In this document: positions 56,010 to 64,000 of the stretch, piece after piece | Numbering within the stretch: the stretch's first letter is position 1 | Layout: the number at the start of each line of letters is the position of its first letter | DNA from: Rubripirellula sp. | GTDB lineage: Bacteria > Planctomycetota > Planctomycetia > Pirellulales > Pirellulaceae | Direction: 5' to 3' | Length of the DNA stretch: 64,000 nt | Assembly: GCA_965216875.1 (NCBI GenBank) | Contig: OZ244207.1 | Location: 7,584,001 to 7,648,000, forward strand | The notes under the pieces: model-generated | What the model was told of the DNA's origin: nothing | Databases searched by the model: none | What the model saw: the letters and a program-made list of their open reading frames with translations, nothing else | Position numbers and translations under genes: made by a program

Positions 56010-58265
56010 TTAGTCTGGCGTATCGAGGTAGGGGTCCTGGCCGATTTCTCGCTGCATCTTCTTTCGTTCTTTCTCATGATGCAGAAGCACCATGCGGTCA
56101 CGAAAGTGTTTGCGTTCCACTTTGCGTTGAGCGCGACGGAATAGTTTGGCGTAGCGATCGACGGCGCCTTCAATCGACTCGCCCTGCTCTTTCAGCTTGT
56201 CCGACTTGTTGATTCCAAACGCACTCTTGAGGATGTCGTCATCAAGCGAGAGGTATTGACGATAGGAACCACGGTCGCCTTGTCGACCACATCGACCAAT
56301 CAATTGGCGGTCGATTCGTGCGGCGTCGTGCAACTCGGTACAGATCACATGCATACCGCCCATCGCCTCGATTTCGTCGTTGAGCTTGATGTCAGTACCG
56401 CGTCCCGCCATGTTGGTCGCAACGGTGACTTTGCTGCGGCCGCCGGCTGCAGCAACGATTTCCGCTTCCTGTTCGACGTTGTTGGCATTGAGAACCTGGT
56501 GCTCGATCCCAAGTTCATTCAACATCTTGGAGAGGATTTCGCTTTTGTCGATCGAGCGTGTTCCGATCAAGACGGGACGTTCCTCGTTGTGAACACGGAC
56601 CACTTCGTCAACGATCGCTTCGAATTTCGCCATCATCGAACCGTAGACACGGTCGGCAAGCATCTCACGTTTCGGTGGCCGGTTGGTGGGAACTCGAATC
56701 ACGGGCGTGCGATAGATGCGTCGTAGTTCTCTCGCGCTGGTCGCGGCCGTACCGGTCATCCCGGCCAAGTGCGGGTAACGCAAGAACAAGTCCTGCACGG
56801 TGATGCGTGCCGCCTGGCCAGTAGGCACTGAGATTTCGATGTCTTCTTTTGCTTCGATGGCTTGGTGAATCCCGTCACGCCATTTTCGGCCTTCGGCCAA
56901 ACGGCCGGTGAATTCGTCGACGATGACGATTTCGTCCGTTCCCTTGTCGCCGGGGCGGACGACATATTGGCGATCCAAGAGAAACTCGCGGTGCACTTTC
57001 ACTGCGCGTTCGGTGTACTCGTAGAGATCAACCAACCCCATCGTCCGGACCAAATCGGACTTAGGCAGTGCACGCACCTTTTGTCGACCGCGCGCGGTCA
57101 ATTCGTATTGTTTGGTGTCGGGATCGATGGTGAAGTGTTCGTCTATCTCGTATTGTTCTGCCGTTTCGGAAGCCCATTGGTACGTTTCAACGATCTGGTC
57201 GCGTACGGTGTCTTCGATACTGCCGATGATCAAAGGCGTACGGGCTTCGTCAATAAGAATGCTGTCGGCTTCGTCAACAAGGCAGAAGTGCATTCCGCGC
57301 ATGACGGGCTGATCACCCGATCCGCTGAATCCACCACCCCCATCGCCGAGCATCTCGGTTTGCAAACGGTTTTGAGCGCGCAGCAACAGCCGGTCGCGCA
57401 AAAAGTCAAAGCCAAACTCTTTCGCGGTCCCGTAGGTGATGGCACAGCCATACGATTTGCGACGACTCCCTTGGTCATCGGGCGTTTGAATGATCCCGAC
57501 GTCGACACCAAGAAGATTGAACAGGGGCATCATCCATTCAGCGTCACGTTTCGCCAAATAGTCGTTGACCGTTGCGAGGTGTGCTCCCTTTCCCACGAGC
57601 GAGTGCAAGTAAAGTGGCAAGGTTGCCGTCAGCGTCTTCCCTTCCCCGGTCTGCATTTCGGCGATACATCCCTCGAAGAGGGAAATCCCGCCGATCATTT
57701 GAACATCGTAGTGACGCATCGAAAGGGAACGCCAACCCGCTTCGCGCACCAGCGCATAGCCTTCGGGTAACAGCGTCGAGAGTTTCTCGCCAGCCATTGC
57801 ACGGTAACGCAACGCGAGCGAACGTTTGCGAAGCGAAATGTCATCTTCGCTTTGCAGCACCGGCTCGAGTTCGTTGATCTGGGCGAGCATTCGGCGCCAG
57901 CGCACCATCCGTGGTCGAAAGCCTTGCTTGGAAAGGATCGACAGAGCGCGGCTGGTGTCACCGACGTGCCGCGACGAGGCGGTCGTTTTTTCGGCGTCGG
58001 GTTGTTGAGCGAGGTCGGCAGCGACTTGCTCGCTTTCAGGTGATGGTTCCACACCTGTGGTCAAAAGCTCGCCCATCGTCTGTGGGGCCGCCGGTTCAGA
58101 AACTGCAGGTGTAGCTTTTTCGGTGCCCATCGCTTCGCGCGCAGGTGCCCCTCCCGCTTCGGGTTCCGGTGGAGGTCCACTTGCTGGGGTATCCAACGGG
58201 TTGGTCGGCGAAAGTTCGGTAGGTTCGGTGCCCTTTGAATTGGACTCCGTTTCACCTGCGGACAT
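56010..58265 (-). CDS. secA2: Accessory SecA paralog (motor domains only)
   Basis: MQTGEGKT, VNDYLAKRDAEWM, VDEADSILIDEARTPLII, VATNMAGRGTDI, RIDRQL.GRCGRQGD; ends soon after, with no wing or Zn domain. Confidence 0.85.
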   Translation of the reverse strand: MSAGETESNSKGTEPTELSPTNPLDTPASGPPPEPEAGGAPAREAMGTEKATPAVSEPAAPQTMGELLTTGVEPSPESEQVAADLAQQPDAEKTTASSRHVGDTSRALSILSKQGFRPRMVRWRRMLAQINELEPVLQSEDDISLRKRSLALRYRAMAGEKLSTLLPEGYALVREAGWRSLSMRHYDVQMIGGISLFEGCIAEMQTGEGKTLTATLPLYLHSLVGKGAHLATVNDYLAKRDAEWMMPLFNLLGVDVGIIQTPDDQGSRRKSYGCAITYGTAKEFGFDFLRDRLLLRAQNRLQTEMLGDGGGGFSGSGDQPVMRGMHFCLVDEADSILIDEARTPLIIGSIEDTVRDQIVETYQWASETAEQYEIDEHFTIDPDTKQYELTARGRQKVRALPKSDLVRTMGLVDLYEYTERAVKVHREFLLDRQYVVRPGDKGTDEIVIVDEFTGRLAEGRKWRDGIHQAIEAKEDIEISVPTGQAARITVQDLFLRYPHLAGMTGTAATSARELRRIYRTPVIRVPTNRPPKREMLADRVYGSMMAKFEAIVDEVVRVHNEERPVLIGTRSIDKSEILSKMLNELGIEHQVLNANNVEQEAEIVAAAGGRSKVTVATNMAGRGTDIKLNDEIEAMGGMHVICTELHDAARIDRQLIGRCGRQGDRGSYRQYLSLDDDILKSAFGINKSDKLKEQGESIEGAVDRYAKLFRRAQRKVERKHFRDRMVLLHHEKERKKMQREIGQDPYLDTPD

Positions 58266-58504
58266 TGAATAACTTTGGAGAAAATGGGATCGCAATCGCC
58301 GTGAAAAACAGGGTGCAAACGGCGTGAAACATTATTCTAACGCCCGATTCTGAGACGCTAGGGAAAGTTGAACGGTTTCCCGCATGAAGCCAGGCAATCT
58401 AGGGGACTTATTCCTAGAGTGCGGGCAGTTCTGCATCTGCCAAACAATTCAGTCGATCGTCTTATACCAGTCAATCAGTGTTCCCGGACTGTACGAGACG
58501 ATCA

Positions 58505-59935
58505 ATGAAAACGAAATTACGAGGCATCACGCTTACAGCCCTTTTGCTGTCTGCCTCAAACATGACTTTCGCAGATCAAGGCGTGGTTAGCGACCTGCCA
58601 GGATTCGGCGAGGAAGCCTACTTCGCCGAGGAAGCAACCTACGCAGAGAATGCCGAGATCAAGGCAGTCAGCCACGCAGGACCATCTGCTCTTGCTCAAG
58701 CCTACGTCGGCAGCGAGGACCATTCCGACTTTTCGCCTGTACGTGTTGGCGACTTGCAAGAATCCGCTTCGGTTCTTGGGAGTGGTTTGCAACAGGTCGG
58801 GCATCACGCCGCCGATTGTTGCGACGTCGGATGTGACAGTGGTTGTGACGGCGGATGCGACTCGGCTTGCGGTTCGTCCTGTGACGGCAATCGTTTCAGC
58901 AACCTGCTGACCGAAGTCGAGGACGTTTGGGCAACCACCGAACTGTTGTTGTGGTTCGTCCAAGATCGCGACATGCCACCGATCATCACCACCGCGGCTC
59001 CTGGTAATGCTCCAATTCTGGGCCTGCCAGGTGTGAATACCGTCTTCGGCGACGACATCAGCGGCGAACTCTCCGCTGGTATTCGTGCCGATGTTGGTAA
59101 GTACGTCAACGACTGTGTTGGCATCGGTGGTCGGTTTGTGGCTCTGGCAACGAACAACGATTCGTACTACGCAGCCAGCGACGGAACCGACATGTCGATT
59201 GGTCGTTCGTTCTTCAATACGAATACGAACGCTCAAGACGCGGTCATCATCAGCTCGGCTGGTAACTTCACCGGTGAGATCGCCGCGAACGATTCGGTCG
59301 AACTCTGGGGTGCTGAAGGTTACGCACGTCTCCGCTTTGGTTGCAACAAGAACGCAAAGTTGGAACTGATCGGTGGTTACTCGCACTACGTGCTGAACAA
59401 CAACACCTACATCAGCAGCACAACGGTCACCAATGCTACGGGGCGTATCCGTAACTACATCGACGACATCAGCACCAAGAACACCTTTGACGGTGGTCAA
59501 GTTGGTTTTGAAATGTCGATGACTCGCGGTCGCTGGAGTGCACGTTCGCTGACCAAGGTTCACCTGGGTAACATGCGTCAACGATTCCTGTTGCTCGGTA
59601 GTGCAGTCGACGTGACTCCACCAGCAGCACCGACGAACACTCAAGGTGGTGTCTTCACTCTGGACAACCAAGCGTTGCTCGAGCGAGACGTCTTCGCCTT
59701 CATTCCTGAAGCAAACTTCAAGCTTGCTTACCAGGTTTGCGACCACGCGAAGTTCACCGTTGGGTACACGTTCATGTACTTTGACAACGTGGCTTTGACG
59801 GGCGACTTCATCGACAACAACGTCGACGGAACGGCACTCAATACGAATAACGTTCTGACTCGTCCCGCATTCGCTGCCAACGATTCCGGCTTGTGGATTC
59901 AAGGCATCGACCTTGGATTCATCATGGAATTCTAG
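58505..59935 (+). CDS. Outer-membrane beta-barrel protein (BBP7-like)
   Basis: Signal peptide, CxxxCD-rich linker, amphipathic strands, F.GGQVG, QGIDLG..EF with C-terminal Phe. Confidence 0.85.
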   Translation: MKTKLRGITLTALLLSASNMTFADQGVVSDLPGFGEEAYFAEEATYAENAEIKAVSHAGPSALAQAYVGSEDHSDFSPVRVGDLQESASVLGSGLQQVGHHAADCCDVGCDSGCDGGCDSACGSSCDGNRFSNLLTEVEDVWATTELLLWFVQDRDMPPIITTAAPGNAPILGLPGVNTVFGDDISGELSAGIRADVGKYVNDCVGIGGRFVALATNNDSYYAASDGTDMSIGRSFFNTNTNAQDAVIISSAGNFTGEIAANDSVELWGAEGYARLRFGCNKNAKLELIGGYSHYVLNNNTYISSTTVTNATGRIRNYIDDISTKNTFDGGQVGFEMSMTRGRWSARSLTKVHLGNMRQRFLLLGSAVDVTPPAAPTNTQGGVFTLDNQALLERDVFAFIPEANFKLAYQVCDHAKFTVGYTFMYFDNVALTGDFIDNNVDGTALNTNNVLTRPAFAANDSGLWIQGIDLGFIMEF

Positions 59936-60013
59936 GATAGGTCATCGGCGGTATTTCGACGCCAAAACATTGGGTCCGGAACACGGCGTCCGACCCGCCG
60001 TTTGACAAATCGC

Positions 60014-60048
60014 AAAGCGTGAAGCAGATTCCTGCTTCACGCTTTTTT
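60014..60048 (+). terminator. Rho-independent terminator
   Basis: aaagcgtgaagcag-attc-ctgcttcacgcttt followed by more T. Confidence 0.85.
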
Positions 60049-60095
60049 CGTTTCGGAACCGCATTGCCCAGGATGGCCTCAGCGCCACTGCCTCT

Positions 60096-61016
60096 ATGCC
60101 CAAAGCAAATCCATCCGTCGTCCTCGGTCTTTGGCCCATCGCGGGCATCACTTCGGTGGGTGTGACCGATCAGCATTCGCGGGCGACGATTCGTGCCGCA
60201 CTCGATCAGGGGATCACAACCTTTGATACGGCCTTTGCCTACGGCTATGACGGCGAATCGGACAAGCTGCTGGCCCCCTTCATCCGCTCGGGCGGCGAGG
60301 ACCTGTGCGTGATCAGCAAGGTCGGACAGCGTTGGAATTCGGACAAGAAGCGAATCGTTGACGGGCGACCCGAGTCCCTGATCGCTGACGCGGAATGTTC
60401 GCTCCAGAGAATGCGTCTGGACCACTTCGACACCTTGATGCTGCACTGCGTCGACCCCGAAGTTCCGATCGAAGAATCGGCCGGTGCGATTGAGCAGCTG
60501 TATCGCCGTGGACTCTGTCGAAAGATCGGAGTTTGCAATGTCGACGCGGACCAGCGTCGCAGGTTCCGGGAATCCGCTGGCGCTTGTCACGCCATTCAAT
60601 GCCCATTGAATCTACTTCAGCCTGCGAACTTGGATCAGTTGATTCCGGATTGCCTGGCCGATGGTTGCGAGGTCTACGTTTTTTGGGCGCTGATGAAGGG
60701 CCTTTTGGCTGGGCAGATCGGTCGGGATCATCAATTCGCCGAAGGCGACAGTCGGCCCAACTACGAGATCTTTCAGGGACAGCAGCGGAGTCGCGCTCAC
60801 GACGTCGTTGACCAGCTCGCCTTGATCGGAAAAGAGACGGGCAAAACGGTCGCACAGTTGGCGATTGGCTGGGCGACGGCCCAACCGGGCGTGACCGCAG
60901 CTCTGGTTGGCGCAAAACGGCCTGTACAAATTTTTGAAACAGCAGCCGCACGGCCACTCGATCAACAGTGGGTGTTGAAGATCAACGAGATTGTGGCTGC
61001 ATCGCAGCCGAGCTGA
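60096..61016 (+). CDS. Aldo/keto reductase
   Basis: GITTFDTA.AYG, SK, SL.RM..D..D...LH, IGVCN, AQLAI.W. Confidence 0.9.
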   Translation: MPKANPSVVLGLWPIAGITSVGVTDQHSRATIRAALDQGITTFDTAFAYGYDGESDKLLAPFIRSGGEDLCVISKVGQRWNSDKKRIVDGRPESLIADAECSLQRMRLDHFDTLMLHCVDPEVPIEESAGAIEQLYRRGLCRKIGVCNVDADQRRRFRESAGACHAIQCPLNLLQPANLDQLIPDCLADGCEVYVFWALMKGLLAGQIGRDHQFAEGDSRPNYEIFQGQQRSRAHDVVDQLALIGKETGKTVAQLAIGWATAQPGVTAALVGAKRPVQIFETAAARPLDQQWVLKINEIVAASQPS

Positions 61017-61019
61017 CGA

Positions 61020-61313
61020 TCAATTGAACTCTTCGTCAAAAGCCGAGAAGTCGTCTTTGCCAGCCTCGCCAAAGGCATCTTCGGGCGACTGGCCGCCACC
61101 GGCTTGAATGTTCCCTTCGTCCAAGACGCTTCCACCACCACCGGCGTCGTCGAGCGGTTCCATCGGTTCGAGATCGTCGTCGTCCATCATGCCGGCACCA
61201 GCCGCTTCGGGCTCGTACGAGTTCATCATCTTCCTGCGATCCAGCATCGATGCAATCGGAATGGCGAAGATGGCGCCAAACATCAGAAGAACCCAGGGGA
61301 TGAAGTACAGCAT
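61020..61313 (-). CDS. Small single-TM protein with an acidic tail
   Basis: MLYFIPW.. TM helix followed by a D/E-rich tail ending FDEEFN. Confidence 0.65.
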   Translation of the reverse strand: MLYFIPWVLLMFGAIFAIPIASMLDRRKMMNSYEPEAAGAGMMDDDDLEPMEPLDDAGGGGSVLDEGNIQAGGGQSPEDAFGEAGKDDFSAFDEEFN

Positions 61314-61449
61314 GTCGTCGCGTCGCTGACGGGAAAGGTGAACAGATACGCAATTGACGATAGTCAACGATCTGGAGGGACGCAAACGGCAACCCGCCAA
61401 ACGGCGGATTAACCCGGGCCCGTGGCTCCGCCCATTCCGAATTTCATGC

Positions 61450-63234
61450 TCAAGAGGCCGTTGGATCTCTTTGGGCCCCAAATCCCAATTGGGGCCTCGG
61501 TCCCACTTGGGGACGGGATCCTGCCTCAGGGCGAGACCGCCGCGGCGTGATCGAGCTCGTCACGCCGGTCCCAAGCTCCAACCGTTCCTCGGCCGGGATG
61601 ACTCGGTCAAAGATCTCGGCGGCCTGCGGGTTTTCGTTTTGAAGGTCCTGGTAGAGGGGGGCCAGTCGTTCGCGGGCCTCACCCAATCGCTTCGTATCGC
61701 CGAGTTGTTTCAGCACGTCGCAGCGGCGGGCCAAGGCGATGGCCAAATAGAGCCGGTCGACCTTGGGATCATCGAGCAACGCTCGCAGGGTGAGATCGGC
61801 CGCCCGAAGTTGGCCGCCCGAAGCCTGGTAGGCGGCAAGTTGCAGCGTGGCCTTGGCGTGATAGGCAGCGTTTGTTGATGTTGGCTCGGGGAAGAACTCG
61901 ATCACCGATTTCCAGCCCGCTTCGTCGTTGCGCGTCATCGCGATCAAGAACTGTTCCTGAATCGTCTCGGCTTCGGTCACTTCGTCAGGCCGAAGGATAT
62001 TGGATACCGACTGCTGGGGTTGCCTTTGCATCGCTGCAAAGGCGGCCACGCCACAGGTGATCGGCAAGATGATTGCGGCCGCGTAGCCCAACCAGCGACG
62101 TCCGCGTTGTCGTTTCACTTGGTCGGTGGCGCGCTGCAGGCGGATGGTTGCGGCGGCGGTGCCGACCATTCCAAACCCGCCCACCTTTGATTCCGATGCT
62201 TCGTTGCGAATCGCGTCAAGCAACTCGCTGGGCGATTGAAAGCGATCTTGCGGCAACTTGTTCATCAACCGCGAAACGACGGCTATCAACCATTCGGGCA
62301 GGTCGGGTTGGCTGCCGTTGCGACCGCGCGCCCGATCGAGAGGTGCCGGTGTTTCGTGCAGGTGTAAAACCGCGAGTGCCAATGGATCGTCTGCTTCGAA
62401 CGGTGGCCGACCGGCAAGCAAGTGGTACATCGTGACGCCGAGCGAATACAAGTCACTTCGTACATCGGCGACATGCCCTTGGACTTGTTCGGGGCTCATG
62501 TAGCGTGGCGTGCCAAGGGTCAAACCCGCTTGCGTCAGATCGGCTTGCGAGACCCCGGCATCGGCCCCCAATCGCGCCAAGCCAAAGTCGGCAACCTTCA
62601 CGATCCCGCGCGAGGAACGCATGATGTTTTCGGGCTTGATGTCACGATGCGTGATGCCCGCTTCGGAGGCCACTTCCAATGCGGATGCAACACCGGCCAA
62701 GACCTCGATCGCCGCGTCGACTTCCAAGCGTCCTTCCCGGCCGACTACTTCGCGAAGGTTCTCGCCGTCGACAAGTTCTTGTGCGATGTAGTGTTGGGAA
62801 TCGACGCTGCCGACATCAAAGACTTGAACGATGTTGGGGTGATTCAGTTTCGCTGCCGCGCGTGCTTCTCGGCGAAAGCGTTCCACGTAATCGGCATCAC
62901 GTGCGTATTCGCTTTTTAGAACTTTGAGCGCGACATCACGACCCAGCGACAACTGTCTTGCTGTGTAGACATCGGCCATCCCACCTCGCCCCAGTTTCCG
63001 AAGGACTTGGTAGTCGCCTAGCTTGCGGCCGATCAAACTTCGCGGTTGGCTTCCGGATGATGGACTCGAGCCTGAAACCGGCAGGGGCCCCGGAACCGGC
63101 AGGGGTGAAGAGGCTTGAGTGACATCCGGATCAAAGGCGGGCTCGGTGGGCTGGTGCGACTGGCTGTCGCCCGCCTGCCCGTCGGTCTGCCCATCGGCTT
63201 GCGTTTCGGCCTCGCGTTCATCAGGAGCGTTCAT
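61450..63234 (-). CDS. Hanks-type Ser/Thr protein kinase with TM and C-terminal helical domain
   Basis: LGRGGMADVY, VALK, HRDIKPEN, DFGLAR, GTPRYMSPEQ. Confidence 0.95.
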   Translation of the reverse strand: MNAPDEREAETQADGQTDGQAGDSQSHQPTEPAFDPDVTQASSPLPVPGPLPVSGSSPSSGSQPRSLIGRKLGDYQVLRKLGRGGMADVYTARQLSLGRDVALKVLKSEYARDADYVERFRREARAAAKLNHPNIVQVFDVGSVDSQHYIAQELVDGENLREVVGREGRLEVDAAIEVLAGVASALEVASEAGITHRDIKPENIMRSSRGIVKVADFGLARLGADAGVSQADLTQAGLTLGTPRYMSPEQVQGHVADVRSDLYSLGVTMYHLLAGRPPFEADDPLALAVLHLHETPAPLDRARGRNGSQPDLPEWLIAVVSRLMNKLPQDRFQSPSELLDAIRNEASESKVGGFGMVGTAAATIRLQRATDQVKRQRGRRWLGYAAAIILPITCGVAAFAAMQRQPQQSVSNILRPDEVTEAETIQEQFLIAMTRNDEAGWKSVIEFFPEPTSTNAAYHAKATLQLAAYQASGGQLRAADLTLRALLDDPKVDRLYLAIALARRCDVLKQLGDTKRLGEARERLAPLYQDLQNENPQAAEIFDRVIPAEERLELGTGVTSSITPRRSRPEAGSRPQVGPRPQLGFGAQRDPTAS

Positions 63235-64000
63235 CAGGAGACTCCTTCCGACGAGGCTAACGCGGTTTCGCCGATCGTGATCAAACGATTCAGGCTCCCC
63301 GATTGCAATCCACGCAAATCAACGGTGACGAACCGGAACCCGAAACCTTGAAAGACGGCGGAGAGGTCTAACGTTGTTTCCATTTCGACCAACACCTTGA
63401 CTTGAGCCTTGGGGACTTCGATCCGAGCCAGTTCGCCTTCGTGTAGCCGAACCCGACAATCCGTGAAGCCGCGTTCACGCAGCCACGCTTCGGCACGCTC
63501 CACGCGAGACAAACGCTCGGGCGTTACTTCCGTTCCATAGGCAATTCGGCTGGCCAAACAGGGCGACGCTGGAAGTTGATGGTTGGACAACCCAAATCGC
63601 TGTGCCAATTCACGAACCTCGGCTTTGCCAAATCCCAAGTCCGCAAGTGGCGTCATGATGCCCGCACGCTTGCCCGCTTCGATGCCCGGTCGGTAGTCAC
63701 CCAGGTCATCGGCATTGGTGCCAGACAAGAGGGTTGTCTCGTCCGCTGGGTCGGCGATGTCGCTCGCAATTGCCGACAAGGCTTCGTAAAGGGTCGACTT
63801 ACAGTGAAAGCACCTTTGTGAGTCGTTTTGGCGATACTGGGGCAGCAGACCTTCATCGGTTTGGACGAAACGATGTTCGATACCAATTTCGTTGGCGACC
63901 TGTTTGGCGATATCGATTTGCCAACGTGCCACGCTCGCTGAATCCGCTGTGATGGCGACCGCGTGTGACTTTGATCGAGCGGCTGCAGCGGCAACAACGC
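63234..64000 (-). CDS. larE: ATP-dependent sacrificial sulfur transferase LarE family; 5' end outside the window
   Basis: N..RCFHCK, GTNADD.GDYRPG, PASPCLASRI.YG, RVR.H..LARIE, SGSLN; frame is open to the window end. Confidence 0.9.
   Translation of the reverse strand, partial: VVAAAAARSKSHAVAITADSASVARWQIDIAKQVANEIGIEHRFVQTDEGLLPQYRQNDSQRCFHCKSTLYEALSAIASDIADPADETTLLSGTNADDLGDYRPGIEAGKRAGIMTPLADLGFGKAEVRELAQRFGLSNHQLPASPCLASRIAYGTEVTPERLSRVERAEAWLRERGFTDCRVRLHEGELARIEVPKAQVKVLVEMETTLDLSAVFQGFGFRFVTVDLRGLQSGSLNRLITIGETALASSEGVS

Noticed and set aside
58556..59902. 448-aa antisense ORF opposite the barrel gene
   Set aside because: Mirror frame of a codon-biased gene; no motifs
1..64000. tRNA, rRNA, IS elements, prophage or defence systems
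   Set aside because: No supporting motifs or genes seen

Overview
64 kb of bacterial chromosome, most likely a planctomycete of the Pirellulaceae type. This is inferred from a TIGR02996-type protein, a BBP7-like barrel, DUF1571, a SecA paralog and planctomycete-style REP repeats. I found no rRNA, tRNA, CRISPR array, transposase or integrase. (1) 1-21.7 kb is a low-oxygen/gas-sensing neighbourhood: cbb3-oxidase maturation genes (TauE/DsbD_2-type, ccoI, ccoS), three PAS kinases, a CheY-like protein, a hemerythrin-like protein, an NtrC-type activator, a five-gene unit (degenerate DHOD-like, two cytochrome c'-like paralogs, OCD/SbnB-like, truncated haemoglobin), a BON protein and a MacAB-type exporter. 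Five sigma-54-type (-24/-12) motifs precede several of these units and a distant USP gene. (2) At 25 kb a mosaic of several REP families abuts a 5'-truncated heme-protein remnant. (3) An operon links a giant methyltransferase-like/beta-propeller/LamG protein and a Cys-motif secreted partner to a molybdate-type ABC transporter with a duplicated binding domain. (4) A run of small orphan genes, astDB and a five-gene pilin/pseudopilin set follow. (5) A Tat-exported molybdopterin oxidoreductase operon lacks a membrane-anchor subunit. (6) The end holds USP, an alternative sigma-70, a short SecA paralog, a BBP7-type barrel, an aldo/keto reductase, a Ser/Thr kinase and larE. All calls come from motif reading by eye; no database searches were run.
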